Shown here piece by piece: positions 29,419 through 39,621 of a stretch of 64,000 nucleotides of DNA (position 1 is its first letter; each line of letters opens with the position of its first letter). The notes below the pieces were generated by a model. That model was given only the letters and a program-made list of their open reading frames with translations, did no database searches and was not told the origin of the DNA. The stretch lies in assembly GCA_965197525.1 (NCBI GenBank), contig OZ240211.1:1408001-1472000 (forward strand), written 5' to 3'. Origin of the DNA: Nitrosopumilus sp. (lineage in GTDB: Archaea > Thermoproteota > Nitrososphaeria > Nitrososphaerales > Nitrosopumilaceae). Position numbers and translations under genes: made by a program.

Positions 29419-30825
29419 ATGATGAAGAACAGGATGTTAAGACGCGGACTCTTGCTTCCTGTGTTTGTATTTGCACTCGTCGGTCTGACATCTTCAGCGT
29501 ATGCTGCATGTCCTGCAATATTTGTCCCTCCTCAATACACGATATTACCTGATAATGACGCCGCTGTATTTCTAACATATTCGGAGATAGACAGAATGGA
29601 GACGTTGGTACTACAACCAGAATTTTCTGGAACGGCGACAGAGTTTGGAATGGTTATGCCATTTCCAAACAGACCTGTAATTAATGAGGCCCCTGAAGAC
29701 ATGTTTGACACTCTCTTGGAATACACGACAATAACTTTCGATTCACAGATGATATTCGAAGGCGACTCGATGAACGAGATGGCTCCTGCCTTTTCACCAG
29801 GAGATGTAGTTGTGATCGAAGAAAAGGATGTGGGAGATTTTAAGACGACTGTTCTGACGGCAACTACAGCAATGTCGTTGATTGAATGGCTTGAGGATAA
29901 CAGTTTTGAGTTTAAGGATGAAGATCAAGAAAATTTTGAATATTATGTTGAGAAAGGAGGCTACTATTTTGTAGCCATGAAAGTTAACATGAACGAGGCC
30001 GACGTTGATGAGGATGGAAGAATAAATGGAACACTCAGGCCCATCGAATTCGTGTTTGAGAGTGAATATCCCATGTTACCACTTCGAATAATGGCACACG
30101 ATATGGATCCAATGAGTTTTACACTGTATACATTGGGAGTCTTTCCATATTATGTGCCGGGAGCTGATGTAATCTTTATAGATGTTATAGACAAACCTGC
30201 CCCATCTACAACTACCCTGATGTCATCTAGTGTAACGCCTGATCTTACAGGCGTCATAACACGGATGTCGTTGGAATATCCTATTTCTGATGTGGCACAT
30301 ATCCCTACACCATCGTTATCTGACGAGGTACGACTTGGTGCAGAGTTTTGGGATAAGTATGAGCCATTAGATAAATGGCTTGTACGTATGGATATCGGTT
30401 TTGATCCAAGGGCAATCGAGACAAATCTTATACTCAGACATATAGGACCTATAGATGGGATTATTGCAGATCCAGATCTAATTACACAAAATTTGAAATT
30501 TTCCCCATTTAGTGTCGTGGACCAAGACATTCGTTTGGAATACCCTGTAACCATAAATTCACATCTACTTCCTACTAACAGTGGAATTTTGCATCAACAT
30601 GCTCTTGATGAACTCTCAATCGTTTACGAGGTTGCATCTCCTCGTATCCAATCTGATTATGAAATTCCACCACAGAGTATTGATTGTAAACCAGATCGGC
30701 AATTAATGCTCAAGCCAAATGGGTATGATACGGCTTGCATATTGGAATCAAGTATGCCAAATCTGATCGAACGTGGCTGGCATATATCTACTATGAAGGC
30801 AGATGAATTGAATCGCTTAGGATAA
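29419..30825 (+). CDS. DUF2330-like secreted protein with a thaumarchaeal C-terminal Cys domain
   Basis: LVLQPEFSG.ATEFGMVMPFP..P, YYVEKGGYYFVAMKV, LRPIEFVF; C-terminal SP.IQ..C.....K....AC...L.ERGW. Confidence 0.7.
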   Translation: MMKNRMLRRGLLLPVFVFALVGLTSSAYAACPAIFVPPQYTILPDNDAAVFLTYSEIDRMETLVLQPEFSGTATEFGMVMPFPNRPVINEAPEDMFDTLLEYTTITFDSQMIFEGDSMNEMAPAFSPGDVVVIEEKDVGDFKTTVLTATTAMSLIEWLEDNSFEFKDEDQENFEYYVEKGGYYFVAMKVNMNEADVDEDGRINGTLRPIEFVFESEYPMLPLRIMAHDMDPMSFTLYTLGVFPYYVPGADVIFIDVIDKPAPSTTTLMSSSVTPDLTGVITRMSLEYPISDVAHIPTPSLSDEVRLGAEFWDKYEPLDKWLVRMDIGFDPRAIETNLILRHIGPIDGIIADPDLITQNLKFSPFSVVDQDIRLEYPVTINSHLLPTNSGILHQHALDELSIVYEVASPRIQSDYEIPPQSIDCKPDRQLMLKPNGYDTACILESSMPNLIERGWHISTMKADELNRLG

Positions 30826-30942
30826 ATAGCCTAGATATGTTCCAATGATCTACATTCTACAATAAACTATTTTAATTACTAATTTAGTGGTAATTACCAC
30901 TATTTTAGTAAACTTTATAATCAGATTAGAGAGTTTTTTCTT

Positions 30943-31608
30943 ATGAACTTAGAATCTGGACTAGAATCACTACGGCGTGGTGAATTCGTACTATTATTTG
31001 ATTCTGCAGGACGTGAGAACGAGGTTGATATGGTAGTTGCAGCCGAATTTGTTACTCCTGAACATGTCGCAAGAATGCGCAAGCAGGCAGGCGGGTTACT
31101 ATGTGTTGCCATAGATAATACATTTGCTGCATCACTTCAACTACAATACATGCATGAAATTCTCTCTGACTCTTCAGTTTCAAACAAGGAGATGATAATG
31201 GGTCTGGCACCATACGGTGATTATCCAACCTTTTCACTGTCGGTAAATCACTATCAGACGTATACCGGAATTACTGATAAGGATAGGGCTTTGACAATCA
31301 ATAAGCTATCTAAAATCTTTAATGTTGAGAATAAACAGAAAAAATTTGCCTCTACTTTTAAAACTCCTGGACATGTTCCATTACTAATCGGATCCAAGGG
31401 TTTACTAGCTGCACGTCAGGGGCATACAGAGATGTCAATCTATCTTGCCAAAATTGCAGGTTTGACTCCTATCACTGCAATATGTGAAATGCTGGATTCT
31501 GATACTTATCTTGCACTATCTATCGACAAAGCAGAAAAATTTGCAAAACAGAACGGAATTCCATTAATTGATGGGAAAGAGCTTTTAGAATACGCCAAGG
31601 TGCATTAA
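30943..31608 (+). CDS. ribB: 3,4-dihydroxy-2-butanone-4-phosphate synthase
   Basis: FDSAGRENEVD, GGLLC, FKTPGHV, GHTE, CEML. Confidence 0.93.
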   Translation: MNLESGLESLRRGEFVLLFDSAGRENEVDMVVAAEFVTPEHVARMRKQAGGLLCVAIDNTFAASLQLQYMHEILSDSSVSNKEMIMGLAPYGDYPTFSLSVNHYQTYTGITDKDRALTINKLSKIFNVENKQKKFASTFKTPGHVPLLIGSKGLLAARQGHTEMSIYLAKIAGLTPITAICEMLDSDTYLALSIDKAEKFAKQNGIPLIDGKELLEYAKVH

Positions 31609-31610
31609 TC

Positions 31611-32024
31611 TTGAATATTGCTCTAGTAGTTTCAGAATTTAATAATGATGTAACATCACGTATGCTTGCAGTAGCTCAGGAGAAAGCAGATCTCATGCAG
31701 TTGACGATATCTTATACTTGTATGGTTCCGGGCGCTTTTGATATGCCCATTGTTGTAGATTCATTATTACAAAAGAGTGATGTTGATGCAGTTGTAACAC
31801 TTGGTGCAATAATCAAAGGTCAGACAAAACATGATGAGATAATATCTCATTGTGCTGCTCAGGCTCTTACTAATCTGTCGTTAAAGTACCACAAACCAGT
31901 ATCTCTAGGAATTTCAGGACCCGGTATGCACCAACGTCACGCTTTTGCACGAATCAGACCGGTTGCAGAGCGTGCAGTAGCGGCTGTCGTAAAGATATCA
32001 GATGAGTTAAAGAGGATTAAATGA
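31611..32024 (+). CDS. ribH: 6,7-dimethyl-8-ribityllumazine synthase
   Basis: IALVVSEFN, VPGAFDMP, LGAIIKGQTKH; TTG start. Confidence 0.95.
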   Translation: MNIALVVSEFNNDVTSRMLAVAQEKADLMQLTISYTCMVPGAFDMPIVVDSLLQKSDVDAVVTLGAIIKGQTKHDEIISHCAAQALTNLSLKYHKPVSLGISGPGMHQRHAFARIRPVAERAVAAVVKISDELKRIK

Positions 32025-32779
32025 TGGCCATTCAACTTAGCATCTTAAAAATTGCAGAGTATGGTCCATGGACATTAACATTGGGAAATGATCGTGAACA
32101 TGAGCTTCAAATGCTTCAGGCATCACTATACCAGCAAGTACAAAAATTATTTTCTGACAAAAACTGTCTGGTCTTTCTTAATAGATGTGATGAGTTTTTT
32201 GCAATATCAAACGGTCTTACATTAGATGATCATATTCAAATCCAAAAGACTCTTGCTGAGTTATTTGATGTTAAATTACACGTATCTATTGGCTATGCCA
32301 ACTCTCCATTTGAAGCTAATCTCAAGGCATATGAAGGAAAGAAAAATCAAATAGTACTTGATGCAAAATACAACATCTTTGGTTTTATTAATGGTAAATT
32401 TGATTCCAAAATCTCTATCATGCATTTAGATGTTGATAATCTTACCTCACGCCGAAAAACTGAATCTCCATACGAGATCTCATCAGTAATTTTTGAACTA
32501 TATTCAAAAATGTCCCAGTATTTTCTAGAAAAAAACTCACTTACCTTTTTCATGGGAGGTGATAATTTTATGGTAATCTCTGATGATGCTGCAAAAGCGT
32601 CTGCACAAGATTTTATTAACATGATAAAAAACAATGATGGCATTTCTTTGAACTGTGGGATAGGAAATGCAGATACTGCAAGGGATGCTGTCAAATTGGC
32701 AACAAAATCCCTTGATACCATACGAGAAATTCGAGATTCAGGCAAAGAAAAACCTGAAGTTTATGAATTGTCATGTTAA
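32021..32779 (+). CDS. gch3: GTP cyclohydrolase III (IIa)
   Basis: YGPWTLTLG.DREH.LQ, HLDVD, FMGGDNF. Confidence 0.9.
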   Translation: MMAIQLSILKIAEYGPWTLTLGNDREHELQMLQASLYQQVQKLFSDKNCLVFLNRCDEFFAISNGLTLDDHIQIQKTLAELFDVKLHVSIGYANSPFEANLKAYEGKKNQIVLDAKYNIFGFINGKFDSKISIMHLDVDNLTSRRKTESPYEISSVIFELYSKMSQYFLEKNSLTFFMGGDNFMVISDDAAKASAQDFINMIKNNDGISLNCGIGNADTARDAVKLATKSLDTIREIRDSGKEKPEVYELSC

Positions 32780-33963
32780 TAAAAAATATCAGCATTTTAT
32801 ATGGTCAAGAATTAGATTTTATATCAAACACTGATGCCAGAATCCAAAATAGTCGATTCAAAAAAATTCAAAAGAAGATAAAACCAAATCTCAAAGAGGA
32901 ATCCATAGATTGTGAAGGTCTGTTGATGATACCAGGATTCATTAATGCACACACGCATATCGGAGATTCCATTGGGAAGGATATCTCTCTGAATAACTCT
33001 GTTAATGAAAAAATCCATCCTGTATTTGGTATCAAATCCAAGATCTTGAATGAAACACCTCAAGAGAATTTAAGCGATTTTATGAGAAATACCTGTCATT
33101 CCATGCTTAGAAAAGGCATTACCACCTTTGTTGATTTTAGAGAAGGTGGTATGGACGGTGTTATTTTACTTCAAAAAGTACTAGCAGATATCCCTTTACG
33201 CTCAGTCATCTTGGGCCGTATCGATTTTTATCAAAAAAGTACGGAAATTAAAAAAAATCTACCGTTTCCTAGTCAAAGATCCGCTGAATTTTCAAAACTT
33301 GTCAAAGCATGTGATGGAATCGGTATTAGTGGTGCAAATGAGAACAGCACCTCTACATTACAATATTATTCTAAAATATCAAAACTAAAAGCCATACATT
33401 CCTCAGAGACAAAGCAAAGCGTTGATGTATCAAAAAGACTCACTGGTCAATCAGAGACGATTCGCGCTCTATCCCTCAAACCTGATTTTTTAGTCCATAT
33501 GACTTTTGCATCAAAATCAGATCTTTTGTATGTATCAAAACAGACTGGAGGAGTTGTGATATGTCCTCGAGCCAACTCTTCCCTTGCTGAAGGAATTCCT
33601 GACATATCCTTGATGCAGAGATGTGGTTGTACACTTGCGTTAGGCACAGATAATGTAATGATAAACTCTCCTGATATGTTCAGGGAGATGGATTTTATTT
33701 GGAAAGCGACTATGGGGCTTTACAAAAAAAGAATTGCTCCTAAAGAAATTCTTAAAATGGCTACTGTCAATGGTGGAAAAATTCTAAAAAAAGATATTGG
33801 AGTAATTGAATCCGGAAAGATTGCCGATTGTATATTTTTAAACAAACATGCATTGGATTTAGAACCAATGCACAATCCCCATGCATCAATTGTTCACAGA
33901 GCATCAGAATCAGCAATAAAAGCAGTAATGATAGATGGAGAGATTGTACATGGGAATCTCTAG
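32773..33963 (+). CDS. Metal-dependent amidohydrolase (chlorohydrolase/deaminase-like)
   Basis: PGFINAHTHIGD, IHSSE, LVHM, LGTDN, EILKMATVNGG. Confidence 0.88.
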   Translation: MLIKNISILYGQELDFISNTDARIQNSRFKKIQKKIKPNLKEESIDCEGLLMIPGFINAHTHIGDSIGKDISLNNSVNEKIHPVFGIKSKILNETPQENLSDFMRNTCHSMLRKGITTFVDFREGGMDGVILLQKVLADIPLRSVILGRIDFYQKSTEIKKNLPFPSQRSAEFSKLVKACDGIGISGANENSTSTLQYYSKISKLKAIHSSETKQSVDVSKRLTGQSETIRALSLKPDFLVHMTFASKSDLLYVSKQTGGVVICPRANSSLAEGIPDISLMQRCGCTLALGTDNVMINSPDMFREMDFIWKATMGLYKKRIAPKEILKMATVNGGKILKKDIGVIESGKIADCIFLNKHALDLEPMHNPHASIVHRASESAIKAVMIDGEIVHGNL

Positions 33964-34609
33964 ACCACACATAATTTTGAGTGCAGCTCTATCCATAGAT
34001 GGAAAGATTGCTACTCGAAAAGGTGATTCAAAATTTTCATCAAGGCAAGACAGTATCAGACATCATAAATTAAGATCTAGAGTGGACGCCATACTTGTTG
34101 GAAAAAACACTGTAGTGCAAGATGATCCTATGCTAACTGTACGCCATGTTAAAGGAAAAAATCCCATTAGAGTAATTTTAGATTCCAAAGGTGAAATATC
34201 TTGTAATTCAAGAATATTGCAAACATCTACACAAATTCCAACTATAATAGCCGTATCCAAACAAATTCCTGAATCTAATCTTCGAAAACTATCCAAATTT
34301 TCTGTAGATGTTATTGCTACAGGTAACGATTCTGTAAACCTCAAATTATTGTTAAGACAGCTCTCAAAGAGGCAAATCACAACAATGCTAGTTGAAGGTG
34401 GGGGAACAACACATTGGGAGTTTATCAGACAAAACCTTTTTGATGAATTGATAGTTACTATCTCGCCTTTTCTGATAGGAGGCAGATCAGATGCAGTATC
34501 GTTTGTTGCAGGCTATGGATTTGATAAAATCTCAAAATCGCCAAATTTACGACTTGAATCCGTAAAGAGACTCGAAAATCATCTTGTTTTGAATTATCTA
34601 AAGGTGTAA
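33950..34609 (+). CDS. arfC: 2,5-diamino-6-ribosylamino-4(3H)-pyrimidinone 5'-phosphate reductase (RibD C-domain)
   Basis: AALSIDGKIA, AILVGKNTV..DDP, LVEGGG; no deaminase domain. Confidence 0.88.
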   Translation: MGISRPHIILSAALSIDGKIATRKGDSKFSSRQDSIRHHKLRSRVDAILVGKNTVVQDDPMLTVRHVKGKNPIRVILDSKGEISCNSRILQTSTQIPTIIAVSKQIPESNLRKLSKFSVDVIATGNDSVNLKLLLRQLSKRQITTMLVEGGGTTHWEFIRQNLFDELIVTISPFLIGGRSDAVSFVAGYGFDKISKSPNLRLESVKRLENHLVLNYLKV

Positions 34610-34630
34610 GTTATTATACTTTCATACAAG

Positions 34631-34861
34631 TTGAATTACAGTAAATTGGCAACAAAAAATAAGACACCGGCAAAAAAAACTGCTTCCAAAAAAAGTACTA
34701 GTTCAAAAACTAAAAAACCGGCATTTGGAGGATACGCAATCAATTTTGCAGGCAGAAAAGAAACCGTGGAGGAAGTATTTGGCAGTAAACCAATCGCCCC
34801 AAGTGAAATGACCAAAAAGATCTGGGCGTTTGTTAAAGCAGAAAACCTCTCTAATCGTTAA
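34631..34861 (+). CDS. Small basic protein with a SWIB/MDM2-like C-terminal motif
   Basis: Lys/Ala/Ser/Thr-rich N-terminus, then VFGSKPIAPSEMTKKIWAFVK; true start may be TTG ~34647. Confidence 0.7.
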   Translation: MNYSKLATKNKTPAKKTASKKSTSSKTKKPAFGGYAINFAGRKETVEEVFGSKPIAPSEMTKKIWAFVKAENLSNR

Positions 34862-34952
34862 ATCTATTTGTTAACAGATAACCGTTAACTATCTTTTACA
34901 TATTTTTAAAAAATAAAAAAGATATAGATGTACCATTTTATGTACAATTATC

Positions 34953-35363
34953 ATATCAACTGCTTCATTAAAACAAGATCATGAGTTAATAGAAAAAATA
35001 ATTAATGGAATCCACTATTCAACTATTATCTGACGGAAAATAAATTACTGAATCAATTTTATTACCTGTAATTGATTTTTCAAAAAACTTTACAGATGTA
35101 TGTCATCATAGTAAAGAAAAAAATTCATTATTTCCTGCTTTAGATCAACTGGTATGCATCATAATATGGGACCAACTGTAATGATGCTACTCGATCACAG
35201 GCGTTCAAGAGAAATTGCAACTCGCATGGAAGAATCTACAAAAAAATATCTTCTTACGCATAATTCTACAAACTTAGTTAATGATATGAAACAATACGTT
35301 CAGCATGTTACTGAACACTTACGGAAAGAGAATACTAGATTACGAAACTATGTGATTTTTTGA
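34953..35363 (+). pseudogene. Hemerythrin (HHE) domain pseudogene
   Basis: ASLKQDHELIEK, DVCHHSKE..SLFPAL, GP..MML.DH, Y.QH..EH..KEN recognisable across frameshifts and stops. Confidence 0.75.
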
Positions 35364-35810
35364 CGTAAAACCAGACCCTTACGCAGAGCCGTGACAAGAT
35401 CATCGTCCTTTGTCTTGCATGCATGTTTGATGTTCTCATTAACATGGCAATCGCATCTGCACCCTTCCCTGACCTGCTTCCGTTGCTGTTCTTGTACAGG
35501 ATGACGCATGGCCTGATAACACCCTCTACACAGTTGTTGTGGTATTCAACGCCGCCCGTCTCCAAAAACACAACTAGGTGATCTCCCTCTCATATCAACC
35601 TCTTGTGCACTCTTACAATACTTGCAGTTGCGGTTCTTCTCAAGCCTGCCGTTCAGTGATGCGATGCAACCATCCGACCTCTTCTTTGCTGCAAGCGCGC
35701 TGCAACCTTATCAACCTGCCCATAAGCACAAATCAAATGGGCGTGAACACTTACGAGTGTATTATACTGTCGAAATCAGATTATCTAGCCAAGATATTAC
35801 ACTAATTTTT
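35364..35810 (-). mobile_element. Degenerate IS remnants: IS66 TnpC C-terminal piece plus ISH3-type 3' piece
   Basis: FLETGGVEYHNN..E..IRP.VI...S.GSRS..GA..A.LM (IS66-like); 35710-35760 resembles 37041-37090 and the ISH3 3' end at ~50250-50400. Confidence 0.6.
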
Positions 35811-36087
35811 CATCCTTGGTATGGTACGTACTGTACAAAGTTCTGTTCATTTTTACGCACAAATTATAAAAATCAATGAACAATCTACTAGTTAGATACT
35901 ACGTACTTTACTAATTAGCCATGAATTCAAGAATACAAAAGATGTTTTTGTGCTTGGTCTAAACGGATAGGTGACCTCGTACAAACATTACGTCTGGCAC
36001 TAGGCATACTGAAGACCATCATAAATATTACATCTCATATTATTGAAAACACAATATTTTTAATAAATAATGATATGTAATATAATT

Positions 36088-36957
36088 ATGGTAAGCATAG
36101 TAAAAGAACGAGGATTCTACTATATGAAACACCACATACAAGGTAAAGAGAAGAGAAAATATCTAGGCAAGATAATTCCAAAGGACATTACCATAAGAAA
36201 AAAGATGTTTCTCAAAGAGTTTTACTGTGAAGATTGGGATAGAGATGTACAAAAGATAATCAAAAATTTTAAAAAAACAGCAACTAGTATAGAGAGATCA
36301 ATACAGTTAAAAAATTTTACAAGTTTTGGAATTGCATTTACATATAATACACAAAGAATTGAAGGATCAAGTCTAACAAAAAAAGATACGCAAAATTTAC
36401 TAGTACACGGATTAACTCCATTAAGAAAATCTTCAAGTGATGCAATCGAGACCCAGAAACATTATGAACTATTCATGAAACTAGTAACATTGAAAAAAAT
36501 TACAAAGATTACACAATCAACTTTACTTGAATGGCATAAAGAAATTTTTAATCAAACAAAGATTGGAGAAGCAGGAGTGTTCAGAGCACATACTGTAGGA
36601 GTAATAACAAATCCTGACATAGAATTTGCAACAGTTCCTGAAATTCCCAACAGAATGAAAGAGTTTGTTAATTGGTTAAACAAATGTCAAATAAATAATC
36701 CTATAGAATTCGCAGCTATGGCACATTACAAATTTGTCTCGATTCATCCTTTTGCTGACGGGAATGGTAGAATAGCCAGATTGATAATGAGTTACATTTT
36801 GTTTAAGGAATGTTGTCCACTTATGTTAATTAAAAGCCAAGATAAAAATAGATATTTTGAATCATTAGAAAAATCGCAGTTAAATAATGATGACGAGATT
36901 TATTTTTTAAAATGGTTTATGAAATATTATATCACAGATAACAAAAAATATCTCTAA
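36088..36957 (+). CDS. Fic-domain protein
   Basis: HPFADGNGRIAR catalytic motif; upstream TQRIEG matches the (S/T)xxxE(G/N) inhibitory motif. Confidence 0.92.
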   Translation: MVSIVKERGFYYMKHHIQGKEKRKYLGKIIPKDITIRKKMFLKEFYCEDWDRDVQKIIKNFKKTATSIERSIQLKNFTSFGIAFTYNTQRIEGSSLTKKDTQNLLVHGLTPLRKSSSDAIETQKHYELFMKLVTLKKITKITQSTLLEWHKEIFNQTKIGEAGVFRAHTVGVITNPDIEFATVPEIPNRMKEFVNWLNKCQINNPIEFAAMAHYKFVSIHPFADGNGRIARLIMSYILFKECCPLMLIKSQDKNRYFESLEKSQLNNDDEIYFLKWFMKYYITDNKKYL

Positions 36958-37040
36958 GATTATATAATTATGAATTCTAAAATCGTGTGGATGATGCATA
37001 GTGCTGTAGATAATGTTTCATTCATTGATTTTTAGTGGGC

Positions 37041-37127
37041 GTTCACATCCCCTCTTGATTCGTGCTTGTGAGCAGGTCGATATGGATTACAGTTAGGCAC
37101 GGATTAATGGATGACGTGAGCAGTTAC
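37041..37127 (+). repeat. Orphan IS right-end fragment
   Basis: Reverse complement is highly similar to 50218-50294 plus 50387-50397; ends in GGATGACGTGAGCAGTTAC (IS66-like IR). Confidence 0.75.
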
Positions 37128-37135
37128 CAAAAAAT

Positions 37136-38527
37136 TTATTCTACATAGTGATGGTGCGTTAGATTATCATAAAATCTAACCGATTTTATGTTTACAAATT
37201 CTAGCATTCCATATCTTGATAATTCTCTTCCAAACCCACTATTTTTTATTCCGCCAAATGGAATTCTTGGATCTGATATCACTACGTTGTTCACACTAAC
37301 GATTCCTGATTCTATTCTTCTTGACATTTTATCTGCTTTTTCTAGATCCCGTGTCCAGATACTTGCACCTAGACCAAATTCTATGTTATTTGCTAACTTT
37401 ATTGCCTCACTTTCGTTATCTACTATAGTTATTGGCGCAACAGGCCCGAACGTCTCCTCATCTACAATTCTCATATTTGGTTTAACATTGGTAAGAATCG
37501 TTGGTTGGTAAAAGTATCCTTCGCCTTCTATTTTTGAACCTCCCACAAGCACCTCGGCTCCCTTTGCCTTTGCATCATCTACAATTCCGGAGATTGTATC
37601 CAAACTATCTTTACTTGAAAGTGGACCAATATCTGTTTCAGTTGACATCGGATTACCTACCTTAAGTTGCGATGCTTTTTTAATAAACAACTCGATGAAA
37701 TCCTTTGCTATGTTTTTACCAACAAAAAATCTCTTAGAGGCTACACAGCTTTGACCACAGTTGATGAATCTACCTTTAACTGCTCCTTCTGCTGCTTTTT
37801 CAATAATTGCATCATCTAACACTATGAACGGATCACTTCCGCCTAATTCTAATACGCATTTTTTCAAATGTGTTGCAGCCCTTTGTCCAACCTTTGTTCC
37901 TGCATTCGTACTTCCAGTAAACGTTACGGCGTTAACTTCAGAATCTATCAGATGGTTTGCAGATTCTACTGTTCCTACCACTGTTTGAAATACGCCATCT
38001 GGTATGCCTGATTCAGTAAACGCTTTCTCAATTCCAATGCCTGATCGCATTGTTACTTTAGATGGCTTCATCACAATCACATTTCCTGCCATTAAACATG
38101 GAGCTGCAAATCTTAGGGCTTGCCAATATGGAAAATTCCATGGCATAATAGAACCAATAACACCTAGCGGTTCAAAGGTTAGAAAACTCTTTCTAGCATC
38201 TGTATTTAACACTTCGTCAGATAGAAAACTATCTCCATTATCTGCGTAAAATTCTAACGCCCATGCACATTTATCAATCTCCCCAATTGATTCTTTAAGC
38301 GGTTTGCCCATCTCAGTAGTTGCAACTTTTGCAAGTGCTGTTTTGTTCTTTCTTAGATACTCAACCAAATTGTAAATGTAACTTCTACGTACTTCATAAT
38401 CTCTCTTCCATCCAGGATAAGCCCTCTTTGCTTTCCCTACCAGTTCAAATATATGGTTTTTATCCATACATTGAAATGTTTCAATATCTTTACCTGTAGC
38501 TGGGTTTACAGTAGTAATTTGGTTCAT
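37136..38527 (-). CDS. NAD(P)-dependent aldehyde dehydrogenase (succinate-semialdehyde dehydrogenase-like)
   Basis: IMPWNFP, FTGS, LELGGSDP, GQSCVA, EETFGP, FGGIKNSGFGRE. Confidence 0.92.
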   Translation of the reverse strand: MNQITTVNPATGKDIETFQCMDKNHIFELVGKAKRAYPGWKRDYEVRRSYIYNLVEYLRKNKTALAKVATTEMGKPLKESIGEIDKCAWALEFYADNGDSFLSDEVLNTDARKSFLTFEPLGVIGSIMPWNFPYWQALRFAAPCLMAGNVIVMKPSKVTMRSGIGIEKAFTESGIPDGVFQTVVGTVESANHLIDSEVNAVTFTGSTNAGTKVGQRAATHLKKCVLELGGSDPFIVLDDAIIEKAAEGAVKGRFINCGQSCVASKRFFVGKNIAKDFIELFIKKASQLKVGNPMSTETDIGPLSSKDSLDTISGIVDDAKAKGAEVLVGGSKIEGEGYFYQPTILTNVKPNMRIVDEETFGPVAPITIVDNESEAIKLANNIEFGLGASIWTRDLEKADKMSRRIESGIVSVNNVVISDPRIPFGGIKNSGFGRELSRYGMLEFVNIKSVRFYDNLTHHHYVE

Positions 38528-38568
38528 AATATTTGTCTGATTTATGTTGTTTATTATACTAATCTCTA

Positions 38569-38970
38569 CTATAGTTTAGCTGAGAAATTTTTTAGTGCCT
38601 TAGAGTATACATCAATCATTATAATTGAATATTCTTCATACGTCTTCATACCTCCGATTCGTACTCGAGAATACCATTTTAGATAGTTGTTATAATTCTC
38701 AATCTGATTCAAAAAGATTGCTGTAATCGAATTCGATATTGTTGTACCGTTCTTCATTATACTCTCATCAATGTCTAATTTATCAATTAATTCTTTTTCA
38801 GCCATTATGCATACCTTGAAGATCTTCTCTAGATGACGAAGATGTTCTGTATAAATATTTGAGAGTAATTGATATTGTGTAGGTCCTATCATCTCTAATT
38901 TTTTAACTATTTTTGTACTATCGTCTTGTATAACATTATAAATTGAATTTGTTTTATCTTCTTCTGTCAT
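38569..38970 (-). CDS. Hypothetical helical protein
   Basis: 133-aa ORF filling the gap; no motif recognised. Confidence 0.65.
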   Translation of the reverse strand: MTEEDKTNSIYNVIQDDSTKIVKKLEMIGPTQYQLLSNIYTEHLRHLEKIFKVCIMAEKELIDKLDIDESIMKNGTTISNSITAIFLNQIENYNNYLKWYSRVRIGGMKTYEEYSIIMIDVYSKALKNFSAKL

Positions 38971-39102
38971 TCTGTTATTTATTGTGTCTGTCTTTATAAA
39001 ATTGCTTTTTTGTACTTTTGATGTTTTATATAAAAACTATATCGATCAAATTTTATTTCTATTTCTTTATTCTCAACTGACAAAAACCATAACGTCGTCT
39101 TT

Positions 39103-39618
39103 TTAGAATGTTTGTTGCATATCTCTTTTTATTCTGTCAATCTTCTTTGAATATGCTTTTTTCGATCTATCATTCTTTTTTAGATTCAATACGTTCTGAC
39201 ATGATGGGCATTTAAACATCCCATCAAGCGCATTCTCAAACGTAACTCTTGGACAATCTTTATTACCACAATGATAAAAATCAGACGCATTTTCGTAGTC
39301 TAATCTCTGCTGTAATCTCTCTTCAATCTTCTTCTTTTGGTTTTCGATAAAGTGCTCTACCTCTTCTCTCCTCGTTCTCCATCTGTAAACAAACCAGCCT
39401 TTTCTCTCATCTTTGACTCTGATGCCAGTAATTAGAGATTTTCCAAACAAGTCGTACAATACTTTTCTTACCATATTGATTCTCAAACCTGTAGAACTTG
39501 CTATCTCTTCATCAGTTGCGTCTTCAGCTTTTAAAAGAGATCTTGCTACCTTTAGATATTCTTCTCCCCCGATCATCGCAGCGATTCTGATAAATGGGTC
39601 TTCGTATTTGTCTATCAA
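39103..39618 (-). CDS. tfe: Transcription factor E (alpha)
   Basis: ATDEEIA..TGLRINMVRKVLY.L, WFVYRW, C..C..FKCPSC. Confidence 0.95.
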   Translation of the reverse strand: MIDKYEDPFIRIAAMIGGEEYLKVARSLLKAEDATDEEIASSTGLRINMVRKVLYDLFGKSLITGIRVKDERKGWFVYRWRTRREEVEHFIENQKKKIEERLQQRLDYENASDFYHCGNKDCPRVTFENALDGMFKCPSCQNVLNLKKNDRSKKAYSKKIDRIKRDMQQTF

Positions 39619-39621
39619 CTC

